A stretch of 64,000 bases of DNA from Bacteroidia bacterium (GCA_030427635.1 JAUIBA010000017.1:231-64230), one strand, 5' to 3'; counted from the stretch's first letter, positions 45,675 through 56,762 are shown. Notes: generated by a model from the letters alone, not told the origin. Made by a program: numbers and translations.

Positions 45675-46112
45675 ATGCTAATACAGAACATTAAAGTGGC
45701 TGCCGATGCAATGGTTTTTTCTGGCAGTGGTGACGACCTGAAACTACTGCTGATAAAACGTAAGAACGAGCCCTATAAAGATATGTGGGCGCTGCCGGGT
45801 GGCTTTGTAGAGGATGATGAAGAACTGGAAACAGCCGCCATCAGAGAGCTGGAGGAGGAAACAGGCTTCAGGGTATCGGCTATGCAACAACTCTACACTT
45901 TCGGCAGGGTAGGCCGCGACAGCAGGGGCCGTACTATTACGGTCACCTATTATGCATTTGCCAATGAAGCCAGCCAGCAGGTAGCCGGTGCTGATGATGC
46001 TGCCGCTGCAGAGTGGGTGTATGTAAAAGACATTACTGCGCTTGCTTTTGACCATATGGAAATGCTGCAGATGGCAAAGGATACCGTACTACATGCCGCA
46101 GGTAAATGGTAA
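45675..46112 (+). CDS. NUDIX hydrolase
   Basis: Nudix box GGFVEDDEELETAAIRELEEETG. Confidence 0.95.
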   Translation: MLIQNIKVAADAMVFSGSGDDLKLLLIKRKNEPYKDMWALPGGFVEDDEELETAAIRELEEETGFRVSAMQQLYTFGRVGRDSRGRTITVTYYAFANEASQQVAGADDAAAAEWVYVKDITALAFDHMEMLQMAKDTVLHAAGKW

Positions 46113-46222
46113 TCATCGCCCGCTCCCACTCCTGTACACTTCTTATACGCACTTATGTTTTATAACTAAGGGGCAATGATATGCGCTGCTAATTTCGCTG
46201 CCGGAATAAGCAATACCATATT

Positions 46223-47329
46223 ATGCGTACAAAATTTATTACCCTTTGCTGCCTGCTGGCCATGCACACACTTCAGAGTAATGCCCAGATGAAGGGATTG
46301 CTCAACAAAGCAAAGAACAAGGCTGGCGGCATGATAAAAACAGAAGTGATGAAGGGCGAAGGAAAGCCATCAACACCTACCCAGAACAGCGAGGAAGATA
46401 CGCCACCCTCATCTGCTAATAGTAATGCCGCCAACAATGTAAACTCCAGCACAAGCGCTGTGACATCGGTATCAGTTCCCAAACGTGCAGGAACCATCAT
46501 TTTCACATCTGACCTGGAAAGCATTAAGGTAAAGGAGCAGGAAATAGAAAACCAGCTTGCTACCAGCTTTAACCTAGGCAGCCCCATATATTTCAGAGCG
46601 TACTACGCCAAACCACTTACCGATTATATACAGGAACTGTTTCCTGACGTAAACAGGATGATCCTGTCTGTACATGGCAGGTTTAAAGTGCGCTTTACTA
46701 TAGACAATGGAAAAGCCTTTGAGGGCAGCACAGAACCTGAAACTTTTCAGAATGAATGGAAAGATGAGTGGACCTCTTTCAAAGGCGCCCTACAGGCTAC
46801 AGACAATGAAACATATGTACTGCAGGATGAATTCCGCAGGTTCGTAGCACAGAGCGGCAAGCAGCTTACCAACGGTAAGCACACCGTAAAAATGGAGCTA
46901 AGCCCCTATGTATATGGCTACCCGGCTACAAAAGAAGGAGCCGTAGTAGCGGCAGGTACATTTACCCTTAACGTAGATGAACAATCAATAGACCCCAATA
47001 ACACAAAACTATGCCTGCCTGCGGCCCATATGCAGGATGCCACACTGGAAGCAGCTATTATAAAAGCCTTCAAAGCCAAAGGCTGGAAAGAACAACCACA
47101 GATAGTACACATTATAGCCGATAAGTGGACAATACACTGTCATAAGGTATCGGGGGTGATAGTGAAGCGCTCTATAGATGCGGTAGTAGGCTCTACCCTG
47201 CCCGACAAGTGCATAATGCAGGAGTTTAGCTTTTCTCAGGACTATGACGGAGCGGGATACCAGAAAGAGGTATATCTGGATGGTACAGGCGGGCAACGTG
47301 ATGTAAACTGTGGCTGTCTGAAAAAATAA
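46223..47329 (+). CDS. Secreted hypothetical protein
   Basis: Signal peptide, low-complexity Ser/Asn linker and a long ORF. No family recognised. Confidence 0.8.
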   Translation: MRTKFITLCCLLAMHTLQSNAQMKGLLNKAKNKAGGMIKTEVMKGEGKPSTPTQNSEEDTPPSSANSNAANNVNSSTSAVTSVSVPKRAGTIIFTSDLESIKVKEQEIENQLATSFNLGSPIYFRAYYAKPLTDYIQELFPDVNRMILSVHGRFKVRFTIDNGKAFEGSTEPETFQNEWKDEWTSFKGALQATDNETYVLQDEFRRFVAQSGKQLTNGKHTVKMELSPYVYGYPATKEGAVVAAGTFTLNVDEQSIDPNNTKLCLPAAHMQDATLEAAIIKAFKAKGWKEQPQIVHIIADKWTIHCHKVSGVIVKRSIDAVVGSTLPDKCIMQEFSFSQDYDGAGYQKEVYLDGTGGQRDVNCGCLKK

Positions 47330-47346
47330 AACACCTTTCCCTACAT

Positions 47347-47380
47347 AAAAAAACCGGGGGTCTGGAACAGCCCCCGGTTT
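47347..47380. terminator. Terminator between convergent genes
   Basis: AAAAAACCGGGGG-TCTGGAACAG-CCCCCGGTTT. Confidence 0.75.
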
Positions 47381-47416
47381 ACTATTTTCAGTATAAGATT
47401 CACACCTAATCAATGC

Positions 47417-48610
47417 TTACTCCTCATCGTCAAAGCCATTGGCCGCTACCCCTTTTACTATACCATATATTACGGGCGCCTGACGGTAAATATTCTTATT
47501 GAACCTGTTGCCCAGGATGATGATAGTCATATTGTCTTTTATAAGACGGTAAAACGAGGTGTTATTGCCATGCCACCAGCCATTGTGATAAATCACTTTA
47601 TTACCGTTAGGATAGCACAGCATACGCCAGCCAAGCCCGTAATTCTTAATACCCGGTTTTTCAAATGAGCATGGGCCATAGGACAACTCCTTCATCTCAT
47701 TGCTGAGTATGGAATTGTTATACAAGGACTGGTCCCAGCGGAACATGTCCTGTACCGTACTATAAATGCCCTTATCGCCTGTGACACCATCGGCAAACAT
47801 ATCCGGCTCTTTTACCCAGTTGAACTTATAACTTACTGTAGCATTTCCGGGCATTCCCTTTTCAGGCTCGTACACAAATGTATTGGTCATACCCAGGGGC
47901 GCAAATATCTGCTGCTGCATAAAATCGGCATAACTCATACCGGATACCAGCTCTATGATACGGGACAGCAGTGCAAAATTGGTATTACAATATTTGAAGC
48001 GTGTGTTAGGTCTGAACTCTATGCGAGGCTTATGCTTTGCCATGAGTCGTACCACCTCCTCATTAGAGATAGGTGTGCGGGTATCCTTATTATATACCGG
48101 CACCCACTTGGTATAGTCTGGCAGGCCAGAGCGGTGATTGAGCAGCATGCGCAGCGATATACCCTTGTACGGGAACTCCTTAATATAGTGCTGTACCGGA
48201 TAATCAATATTCAGCAACTTGTGCTCATACAGATACAATATAGCCGCACTGGTAAATGTCTTTGATACCGATGCGAGCTGGCTGGACGAATTGAATGCCA
48301 GTGGTATTTTCTTTCTCTTGTCGCTATAGCCGTAATAGCGTTCGTACACTATCTTCCCTTTCACTCCCACAAGTACAGCACCGTTAAACCCGGCCCTTAT
48401 CTGCCCTTTATAGTAGGCATCGAGACGGGCAATAATATCGCGGGATGCTTCACTGAGGGTATCATAAATAAGTGTGCCGGAAGCAATTCTTTTGGGGTCG
48501 TCAAAGCCGGGTGTACGCGCCGAGGCATTCTGCACGGGCGAATGACAGGCGATAACCAACAGGCACACGCACACCAGACTCAGATATGTAGGCTTCAGTT
48601 TCATTGTCAT
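47417..48610 (-). CDS. Serine hydrolase, beta-lactamase class C/PBP-like lipoprotein
   Basis: SVSK (SxxK), YCN at the YxN position, and HNG. Confidence 0.92.
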   Translation of the reverse strand: MTMKLKPTYLSLVCVCLLVIACHSPVQNASARTPGFDDPKRIASGTLIYDTLSEASRDIIARLDAYYKGQIRAGFNGAVLVGVKGKIVYERYYGYSDKRKKIPLAFNSSSQLASVSKTFTSAAILYLYEHKLLNIDYPVQHYIKEFPYKGISLRMLLNHRSGLPDYTKWVPVYNKDTRTPISNEEVVRLMAKHKPRIEFRPNTRFKYCNTNFALLSRIIELVSGMSYADFMQQQIFAPLGMTNTFVYEPEKGMPGNATVSYKFNWVKEPDMFADGVTGDKGIYSTVQDMFRWDQSLYNNSILSNEMKELSYGPCSFEKPGIKNYGLGWRMLCYPNGNKVIYHNGWWHGNNTSFYRLIKDNMTIIILGNRFNKNIYRQAPVIYGIVKGVAANGFDDEE

Positions 48611-48707
48611 TAGCTGGGCCGAAAATTACAGTTTGTTACAGAATTTCAAAAGTTAAAAAGTAATAATAGCGAGAGGGTATATATAAGGAACTATGATTCA
48701 GTTCTCT

Positions 48708-49289
48708 TTATGATTCGGCTTTTACAAATTTAACCACATCATCTATCAATTCATAGTAACACTGGTTGAGCGTATAGTAACCGGCTACAAAGGAAGCATA
48801 TGCTTTATCTGATGGCGGCATGTGTGCAGCCCGTCTCTGCAGCCCGGCTAAGGAGCGCTCTACACCTTTCATACTACGATAACCATATAGCCAGTTATGC
48901 TCCTGCATATGTGAGAAGTAGGCTGCGAATGCAGACGGAAAATGCTGACTGCGCTCTCCCAGTAAGCGGTATGTATCCTGTGTAAATGTCATCAATGCAT
49001 CAGCCGAGGCAAAGTACTTAGGGTCGCTGGCCAGAAAATGATCAAAAACGGCATCTGTAATAGCACCGCTGTATAGCCCGTAGTCCTCACGAAAAAGCAA
49101 TTTGGCACGGCCTACGGCAGGATGATGGTCGGTAAAGTCATCTATTTTCCTGTGCAGCTCCACCCCCTTACGGATACCGGGCGGAAACTGGTCCAGAGCC
49201 AGACGTCCTTTTACATGATCTCCTATCATGTTACCGGTAAGTATATCACCGTTGCCAAATGAGAGGTATGCATGTGCCAGATAATTCAT
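48708..49289 (-). CDS. acpH: Acyl carrier protein phosphodiesterase (AcpH/DUF479)
   Basis: MNYLAHAYLS, GNMIGDHVKG, LHRKIDDFTD and DAVFDHFLA motifs. Confidence 0.9.
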   Translation of the reverse strand: MNYLAHAYLSFGNGDILTGNMIGDHVKGRLALDQFPPGIRKGVELHRKIDDFTDHHPAVGRAKLLFREDYGLYSGAITDAVFDHFLASDPKYFASADALMTFTQDTYRLLGERSQHFPSAFAAYFSHMQEHNWLYGYRSMKGVERSLAGLQRRAAHMPPSDKAYASFVAGYYTLNQCYYELIDDVVKFVKAES

Positions 49290-49374
49290 ACAGCGAAACT
49301 ACGGTATTTAATAACGCCTCCTGCCACAGGAAAGTAAAGCCGCAGCGCACCATTCACACAATATCCACTTTGCA

Positions 49375-51405
49375 TCATTTCATATCCTCCCGCTCTTTCT
49401 GCAGGCGGAAAAGCTCATCGCGCAGGCGTGCTGCCTCCATAAAGTCCAGCTCTTTGGCTGCCTTTTCCATGGCCTTGCGGGTCTGTGTTATTATTTTATC
49501 CAGCTGTGCCACGGTACGGTATTCTGCTGCCGGCTCTGCCGCTACCGATACGGGAGTATCGGCCACAGCATACGGGCTCTTCTCATCATAGCCCTTTATG
49601 TCCAGCACAGAGCCCTGCAGCATTATCTCCTGTACAGATTTACTTATGGTCTTAGGCACTATGCCATGCTCTGTATTATACTTTATCTGCTTCTCCCGCC
49701 GGCGGTCTGTTTCATCCATTGTACGGCGCATACTGTCCGTTATCTTATCGGCATAGAATATCACGAGTCCGTTAACGTTACGTGCAGCGCGGCCCGCCAT
49801 CTGAGTAAGGGAGCGCTCATCGCGCAGGAAACCTTCTTTATCGGCATCCAGTATGGCCATCAGCGATACCTCTGGCAGGTCCAGCCCCTCACGTAGCAGG
49901 TTTACCCCTACGAGGACATCTATATTACCCAAGCGCAGATCCCGTAATATTTCCACCCGTTCCAGCGTATCTACTTCAGAGTGTATGTAGCGCGACTTAA
50001 TATTGATGCGTTTCAGGTATTTGTCCATCTCTTCAGCCATACGCTTCGTGAGTGTAGTAACCAGAACCCTGCCACCATCCTTCACCCGCTTATCTATCTC
50101 ATCCAGCAGGTCATCTACCTGATTTACAGCCGGGCGTACCTCTATTGGTGGCTCTATGAGACCAGTGGGGCGTACTATCTGCTCTACCACAACCCCGCCA
50201 CTCTTCTCCAGCTCATAATTGCCGGGGGTGGCACTTACAAATACCACATAAGAAAGCAACCCTTCAAACTCATAGAAGTTTAGCGGCCTGTTGTCCAGTG
50301 CAGATGGCAGGCGGAAGCCAAAGTCCACCAGATTCATCTTACGGGAGCGGTCCCCGCCATACATACCACTTATCTGCGGTATGGTAACGTGGCTCTCATC
50401 TATGACCAGCAGAAAATCGTCGGGGAAATAATCCAATAGGCAGAAGGGTCTTGTGCCCGGCTGACGGCGGTCCAGAAAACGGGAGTAGTTTTCAATACCA
50501 CTACAGTAGCCCAGCTCCTGTATCATTTCCAGGTCGTATGATACCCGCTCGCGAATACGCTGGGCTTCTATGAACTTACCGATGCTTTTGAAATACTGCT
50601 CCTGCGCTACCATCTCATCCTGTATCTCGTGCATTATCTGCCCTATCTGTCCGGTCGGCGCTACATACAGATTGGCAGGGAAAATAGCAGCCGTATCCAT
50701 AGTGCCTATCCGCTTGCCGGTATCTGTTTCAAAACTTTCTATCTCCTCTATTTCATCGCCAAAGAAGGTGATGCGGTACCCGTAGTCCACATAAGGCAGG
50801 TTTATATCTACCGTATCGCCATTAACACGGAATGTACCCCGCGAAAACTCTCCCTGACTGCGGTTGTATAATGAATTTACGAGCCGGTGCAGAAAATGAT
50901 TGCGCCCTATATTATCGCCCCGCTGCAGCCGTATGATACTGTTAGCATACTCTGTAGGGTTGCCGATACCATAGATACAGGACACCGATGCCACTACTAT
51001 AATATCGCTGCGACCACTGAGCAGGCTTGTTGTAGCCCTGAGGCGCAGCTTTTCCAGCTCTTCATTGATAGAAAGGTCTTTCTCTATGTATGTATTGGTA
51101 ACAGGCAGGTATGCCTCCGGCTGATAATAGTCGTAGTAGGATACGAAGTACTCCACTGCATTGTCAGGAAAGAAACTGCGAAACTCGCCATATAGCTGCG
51201 CTACGAGGGTTTTGTTGTGCGTAAGTACCAGCGTAGGTTTTTTCACCTGCTGTATCACATTGGCCATAGTAAATGTTTTACCAGAGCCTGTTACACCCAG
51301 CAGTGTCTGAAACTGCTCCCGCCTTTCCATCCCTTCCACCAGTTGCCTTATCGCTTCGGGCTGGTCTCCGGCGGGCTGATACTGACTATCTATCCTGAAC
51401 TGCAT
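49375..51405 (-). CDS. uvrB: Excinuclease ABC subunit B
   Basis: PAGDQP, LLGVTGSGKTFT, IDESHVT, NLLREGLDLPEV and a C-terminal UVR domain. Confidence 0.98.
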   Translation of the reverse strand: MQFRIDSQYQPAGDQPEAIRQLVEGMERREQFQTLLGVTGSGKTFTMANVIQQVKKPTLVLTHNKTLVAQLYGEFRSFFPDNAVEYFVSYYDYYQPEAYLPVTNTYIEKDLSINEELEKLRLRATTSLLSGRSDIIVVASVSCIYGIGNPTEYANSIIRLQRGDNIGRNHFLHRLVNSLYNRSQGEFSRGTFRVNGDTVDINLPYVDYGYRITFFGDEIEEIESFETDTGKRIGTMDTAAIFPANLYVAPTGQIGQIMHEIQDEMVAQEQYFKSIGKFIEAQRIRERVSYDLEMIQELGYCSGIENYSRFLDRRQPGTRPFCLLDYFPDDFLLVIDESHVTIPQISGMYGGDRSRKMNLVDFGFRLPSALDNRPLNFYEFEGLLSYVVFVSATPGNYELEKSGGVVVEQIVRPTGLIEPPIEVRPAVNQVDDLLDEIDKRVKDGGRVLVTTLTKRMAEEMDKYLKRINIKSRYIHSEVDTLERVEILRDLRLGNIDVLVGVNLLREGLDLPEVSLMAILDADKEGFLRDERSLTQMAGRAARNVNGLVIFYADKITDSMRRTMDETDRRREKQIKYNTEHGIVPKTISKSVQEIMLQGSVLDIKGYDEKSPYAVADTPVSVAAEPAAEYRTVAQLDKIITQTRKAMEKAAKELDFMEAARLRDELFRLQKEREDMK

Positions 51406-51493
51406 ACGTCTGTAAAAATAGCGAAAAACGAGGCGGCAGAACGCAATCTTGTAACGCACATTACGTTATAATTATCCTTATTTTCATGGCGGT

Positions 51494-52183
51494 ATGGGAG
51501 ATAACATCAGCATAAAGAACTGGGCCGAAGACGAGCGACCGCGCGAAAAGATGCTACAGAAGGGAGCGGCCGCACTCACCGATGCCGAACTGCTGGGCAT
51601 TCTCATAGCCAGCGGTACAACTAAAAAATCGGCAGTGGGGCTGGGGCGGGAAATTCTGCAACTGGCAGGTAACAACCTGCAGGAACTGGGCCGTATATCC
51701 ATTAAAGAACTGTGCAAAGTAGATGGTATAGGACCTGCACGGGCCATTACCATAAGTGCAGCACTGGAGCTGGGACGCCGCAGGCAGATGAGCGAAGGAC
51801 CGGAACGGCCATTGATAACCAGCAGCCGTGATGCCCTACCCATCATCATGCCGCTGCTTCAGGACCTGTCTCATGAAGCATTCTGCGTTATATACATGAA
51901 CGTGGCCGGTAAGGTGCTACAGACAGAGATAGTAAGCTCCGGAGGGCTTTCTGCAACGGTAGCAGACATCCGTATCATTCTGAAAAATGCCCTGCTTAAC
52001 AGTGCTTCCCGCCTCATTGTGGCACATAACCATCCTTCGGGCGAAAAGCGGGCCAGTCAGGCAGATATTGCACTCACCAGAAAGCTGGCAGATGCCGCCG
52101 CACTTATGGACATAAAACTGCTGGACCACATTATCATTGCCGGACACAGCCATGTAAGTATGGCCGATGATGGCCTCTTCTGA
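51494..52183 (+). CDS. radC: RadC/JAB domain protein
   Basis: RPREK, HhH motif GIGPA, AHNHPSG...S.AD and LLDHII. Confidence 0.95.
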   Translation: MGDNISIKNWAEDERPREKMLQKGAAALTDAELLGILIASGTTKKSAVGLGREILQLAGNNLQELGRISIKELCKVDGIGPARAITISAALELGRRRQMSEGPERPLITSSRDALPIIMPLLQDLSHEAFCVIYMNVAGKVLQTEIVSSGGLSATVADIRIILKNALLNSASRLIVAHNHPSGEKRASQADIALTRKLADAAALMDIKLLDHIIIAGHSHVSMADDGLF

Positions 52184-52255
52184 CGGAAGAACCACACATC
52201 CTATTTTTTCTTTGGGAAAAGAATCCTGAATTTTGAACTACCAATACTATATGCA

Positions 52256-53023
52256 ATGAGAATAATCACCTATAACGTCAACGGAATACGCAGCGCTGCC
52301 AAAAAGGGCTTTATTGACTGGCTGAAAAGCGACCCGGCAGATATCATATGCCTGCAGGAGATAAAAGCGAACAAGGAAGATGTGCCTGCCGATGATATAC
52401 GCGAGGCCGGCTATGAGGTATATTCCTTCTCGGCACAGAAAAAGGGGTATAGCGGTGTGGCTATACTCACCAAACTGAAGCCTGATAATGTTACGTATGG
52501 CAGTGGCCTTACACAGAGCGACTTTGAAGGCAGAGTAATCCGTGCCGACTTTGGTGATATCACCCTCATTAATGCTTACTTCCCCAGCGGCACCAGCGGC
52601 GAGGAACGACAGACGTACAAATACCAGTGGCTGGACGAGTTCTTTGAATACCTGAATGTACTAAGAACCACCAGACCCAAAATGATAATATGCGGTGACT
52701 ATAACATATGCCACAAGGCAATAGATATTCACGACCCCGTGCGCAATAAGAATTATACCGGCTTCCTGCCAGAAGAGCGTGCATGGATGGATAAACTCTT
52801 CAGCAGTGGTTATGTGGACTCATTCCGCCAGTTTAACCAGGAGCCGCACCAGTACACATGGTGGAGCGCATGGGGTACTGCCCGTGCCAATAACAAGGGC
52901 TGGCGTATAGATTATATTACGGTAACAGAGCCGCTGGCATCGCGCCTGAAACACTCTGAAATACTACCTAAAGTAATACACTCTGACCACTGCCCTATGT
53001 ACACAGAGCTAACGAAGAAGTAG
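52256..53023 (+). CDS. xth: Exodeoxyribonuclease III
   Basis: YNVNGIR, LQEIK, GDYNI, GWRIDY and SDHCP motifs. Confidence 0.96.
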   Translation: MRIITYNVNGIRSAAKKGFIDWLKSDPADIICLQEIKANKEDVPADDIREAGYEVYSFSAQKKGYSGVAILTKLKPDNVTYGSGLTQSDFEGRVIRADFGDITLINAYFPSGTSGEERQTYKYQWLDEFFEYLNVLRTTRPKMIICGDYNICHKAIDIHDPVRNKNYTGFLPEERAWMDKLFSSGYVDSFRQFNQEPHQYTWWSAWGTARANNKGWRIDYITVTEPLASRLKHSEILPKVIHSDHCPMYTELTKK

Positions 53024-53054
53024 CTTTTCTACCTATGAAGAGAATAACAGACCT

Positions 53055-53630
53055 ATGCTGCTACGTACATCCATTATTACCATACTGAGCGTGCTGTCTG
53101 CGGGTCTTCTCGTCCGCGCACAAGACAGCAATGTGGCTAAATCATCCTTTGCCACACTGCTGCAAAAACAAAGCGCCAGCCATGCAGCAAAGATTAATAC
53201 GCCGTTCGTACCATCAGACTCATGGGTATGCCTTTCAGGCAACGTCTTTGATCTGGACTCAGTAACTGGTCCGTCCGTAATCATGGCCGGGTTTTCAGGA
53301 TGCGCTCCGTGCAGAAAAGCGTTACCTGTATTATGTGCCCTTGCCGGTGATGAAAAGTATAGTAAACTGAACTTTGTATATATCACATTCAACAAGCCTC
53401 AGCTCATAAAAGAAGAGCTGGCAGAACTGGAACTACCAGAGAAGGGAAGAGTACATTTTGTATCTGTAGCCGATACATACTTGCAAACCTCCGGCATTGC
53501 CACCGGCTTTCCGACAGTCTATTTCCTGCACAGTAGTAAGATTATAACTGCAATGTATGCGTACGGACAACTGAATGGTCCGCTTGAGTCAAAACAGTAC
53601 TTGGAGTCTATTATAGACACATTACACTGA
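53055..53630 (-). CDS. Exported thioredoxin-fold protein (TlpA-like)
   Basis: Signal peptide, CAPC motif and GFPTVYF (cis-Pro loop). Confidence 0.8.
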
Positions 53631-53678
53631 CTCTGCACATCAACAGCACTCTGCTATTTGTGTTCTGTCAACAACGGA

Positions 53679-54329
53679 TCAATGCTGGCGCTTTTCGCCA
53701 AAGGAAAGATCCCCGGCATCTCCCAGACCCGGCAGAATATATTTTTCGGCATTAAGGCCGGAGTCAATAGCTGCCGTCCATATATGCGCATTAGGAAAAT
53801 GGCGCTCCAGCGTGGCAATACCTTCGGGCGATGCCACAACTGATACTACATGCATTTGCGCCGGCTTATCGAACTCCATAAGTGTTTCCAGTGCCTGCAC
53901 CATAGATGCGCCTGTAGCCAGCATAGGATCTGCGACTATAAGCGTACGCCCCGCAATGGCCGGGCTGGCCATGTATCCCTGTGCCACATCAAAACTACCA
54001 TCGGCAGCATGGCGGCGGTAAGCTCCTATAAATGCACTATCGGCATCGTCAAAATAGCTGAGCAGGCCCTGATATAAAGGCAGGCCTGCCCGCAGTATGG
54101 TAGCCAGTACGGGCTGGCTGGCCAGTGTTCTGGTCATAGCAGGAGCCAATGGCGTTTGTATTTCTTCGTCCTGATAAGTCAGTTCCCTGCTTATTTCATA
54201 GGCAGCCACCTGCCCTATACGCTCTATATTTCTGCGAAAACGAGCTCTGTCTTTCTGTATCTGTACATCGCGCAGCTCACGCATCCATACAGAGACAAGG
54301 GAGGACTGAGCGCTGAGATCGGTTACCAT
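53679..54329 (-). CDS. upp: Uracil phosphoribosyltransferase
   Basis: ILRAGLP, ADPMLATGAS and YILPGLGDAGD motifs. Likely start at ATG 54329. Confidence 0.96.
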   Translation of the reverse strand: MVTDLSAQSSLVSVWMRELRDVQIQKDRARFRRNIERIGQVAAYEISRELTYQDEEIQTPLAPAMTRTLASQPVLATILRAGLPLYQGLLSYFDDADSAFIGAYRRHAADGSFDVAQGYMASPAIAGRTLIVADPMLATGASMVQALETLMEFDKPAQMHVVSVVASPEGIATLERHFPNAHIWTAAIDSGLNAEKYILPGLGDAGDLSFGEKRQH

Positions 54330-54375
54330 TTGTATATCGGTTGTTTGCTCAAATGTAATAAGTCCCCTGGTAACT

Positions 54376-55158
54376 TTGTATGCTGTGGTGAGATACAAAG
54401 TAATATTCATATTGTGTTTATGGCTGGCCGGAACAGGCATGGCCACCGGGCAGCAGGCCCACAATGCTGTAAAAAGTTCAAAAGCGAAGAAAATGGAGAA
54501 CAGAAAGATGAAAGTAGAGATATGGTCAGACATGGTGTGCCCCTTCTGCTACATAGGGAAAAGGCATTATGAAGCCGCACTAAGTAAGTTTGTGCATGCA
54601 AATGATATAGAAACAGAATGGCATAGTTTTCAGCTAAACCCAGACCTGCCGGCCGACACACACCAGAACCCTTACCAATATCTGGCAAAGGCAAAAGGAA
54701 TATCCTATGAACAATCGGTAAAAATGCATGAGCATGTAACCGGTATGGCACACAATGCAGGACTTACCTACAACTTTGATAAGGCTGTGATTGTCAACTC
54801 ATTCAACGCTCACCGGCTACTGCAAATGGCAAAAAAACATAAGCTGGGCAGCAAAGCCGAAGAAGTACTATTCAAAGCATATTTTACCGATGGCCGTAAT
54901 CTGAATGATGTGGAAACACTGGTGCAACTGGGTACGGATATAGGCCTGAAACCGGAAGATATACGCAGTATGCTGGCCAGAGATACCAACACCGCCGAAG
55001 TGCATGCAGACCTCAGAGAGGCAGAACAGATAGGTATCAACGGGGTGCCATTTTTCGTATTCAACAGAAAGTATGGCGTATCGGGCGCACAGCCTGTAGA
55101 TACCTTCCTGAATACCCTGCAGCATGCATGGGACGAATGGGCAAAGACCAACAGATAA
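54376..55158 (+). CDS. DsbA-family (FrnE-like) oxidoreductase
   Basis: SDMVCPFCYIG and GINGVPFF motifs. The start may be 54376 (signal-like extension), 54493 or 54508. Confidence 0.92.
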   Translation: MYAVVRYKVIFILCLWLAGTGMATGQQAHNAVKSSKAKKMENRKMKVEIWSDMVCPFCYIGKRHYEAALSKFVHANDIETEWHSFQLNPDLPADTHQNPYQYLAKAKGISYEQSVKMHEHVTGMAHNAGLTYNFDKAVIVNSFNAHRLLQMAKKHKLGSKAEEVLFKAYFTDGRNLNDVETLVQLGTDIGLKPEDIRSMLARDTNTAEVHADLREAEQIGINGVPFFVFNRKYGVSGAQPVDTFLNTLQHAWDEWAKTNR

Positions 55159-55302
55159 TAAATAATCGGGTAGATACGGCATCTTCTTACACTTTTTTAA
55201 CGTGCCCTTCACGAATTGTGAGGAACGTGTGCATTTTGACAATGTCGTAACATACTACAAAGAAGATGCGATTATTATTTCAGTAACTTTGATTCAAACG
55301 AT

Positions 55303-56730
55303 GTGCTTATGTTCGACGATGATTTTAACGAAGATGAGTGGGGCGGAATTGAGGACACATTGAGGCGCTATGAACAGCTGAAGAGAGGCGAGGGTGCAAT
55401 GCTGAATGAAGAGGAGTTTGAGCGGGTCATAGAACACTACTTTCAGAATAGTAATGAAGAGCAGGCATTACTGGCCTGCGATATAGCAAGAACCTGGTAT
55501 CCTTTCTCAGCCTCTGTTTTACTGCTACGTGCCGAAATCCTTGCCCAGGCTCAGAAATACGGACAGGCGCTTACCGCACTAGACGAAATGGAGCAGTATG
55601 ATATCAAGAACATTGATGCCGTGCTGCTGCGTGCCGACATTCTTATGTCGCAGTTCCGTCATGCGCAGGCCGCTCAATGGCTGGAACAACAGGCTGATGA
55701 GTTCACTGGAAAAGAGAAAATAGAATTACTTCTGGAGCTGTCTGATGTATATGACGAGAATGAAGATTTTGACGAAGTCTTTAACACGCTGAAAAAGATT
55801 GTTGCTATAGACAGGCGCAATGAGGAAGCATTACAGAAAATCTGTTTCTGGTCAGAGTTTACCGGACGCCTGGAGGAAAGTGTTGCACTTCATACGCAAC
55901 TCACGGACGAAGACCCCTTTAATGCGCTTGCGTGGTTCAACCTGGGTGCTGCATGGCAGGGTTTGAAACTCTATGAGAAAAGCCTGGATGCCTATCAGTA
56001 TTGTATAGCTATTGACGATAAGTTTGAATTTGCTTACCGGAATATGGCCGATGCCTATATGCGGCTGAAACAATATGACAAGGCCCTGGATGTGCTGGAG
56101 AAACACCTGGAAATAAGCCGACCTGAAGATGTAATTTTTGAAGCTATGGGCTACTGCTGGGAAAAGCGTAAGGACTATACCCGCGCGCGCCAGTATTACC
56201 GCCAGGCATCACAACTGAACCCACAGGACGATGGCATATTTTTCAAGATAGGTGAAACCTATACCCGCGAAAAGCAATGGGAAAAGGCCATCAAGTCATT
56301 TTCGGTAGCCCTGCACCTGAATAAGGATAATGCTTCCTACTGTATGGCTATAGGCAACTGCCTGATGGAGCTGGATGTGAAGAGTGAGGCGCTGGTATGC
56401 TACCTGAATGCAGTGCGACTGAAACCAGACAATAAATCGACCTGGATATCCCTTATAAGGGGGCTATACCTGGCGGGATACTATGATGAGGTAATCGTAC
56501 AGACACATGTAGCCAGAGAGCACTGTGGTGATAAAGGCGAGTTTTTCTATTATCACGCAGCGGCACTCATGGAAATGGGTAAGGTAAAGGAAGCGATGCT
56601 GCAGCTGGAAAAAGGCTTGTCGGCAGCTCCGGGAAAAATAAAGCAGTTTACAGAGCTCAATCCCGACTATCTGAAACGTACAACAATAACTGAAATGATA
56701 GCACGCCATAAAAAGCCGCGCAAAAAATAG
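55303..56730 (+). CDS. Tetratricopeptide repeat protein
   Basis: Repeated TPR-like helices (AWFNLGAAW, AYRNMADAY, IFEAMGYCW). TAACTTTG promoter at 55284-55291. Confidence 0.9.
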   Translation: MLMFDDDFNEDEWGGIEDTLRRYEQLKRGEGAMLNEEEFERVIEHYFQNSNEEQALLACDIARTWYPFSASVLLLRAEILAQAQKYGQALTALDEMEQYDIKNIDAVLLRADILMSQFRHAQAAQWLEQQADEFTGKEKIELLLELSDVYDENEDFDEVFNTLKKIVAIDRRNEEALQKICFWSEFTGRLEESVALHTQLTDEDPFNALAWFNLGAAWQGLKLYEKSLDAYQYCIAIDDKFEFAYRNMADAYMRLKQYDKALDVLEKHLEISRPEDVIFEAMGYCWEKRKDYTRARQYYRQASQLNPQDDGIFFKIGETYTREKQWEKAIKSFSVALHLNKDNASYCMAIGNCLMELDVKSEALVCYLNAVRLKPDNKSTWISLIRGLYLAGYYDEVIVQTHVAREHCGDKGEFFYYHAAALMEMGKVKEAMLQLEKGLSAAPGKIKQFTELNPDYLKRTTITEMIARHKKPRKK

Positions 56731-56762
56731 TTTCCGTTATCTGTACTGATAACAAATACACT

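Noticed and set aside
54330-54533. 68-aa N-terminal extension of upp in the ORF track
   Set aside because: It overlaps the divergent DsbA-family gene. Upp homology appears to begin at ATG 54329.
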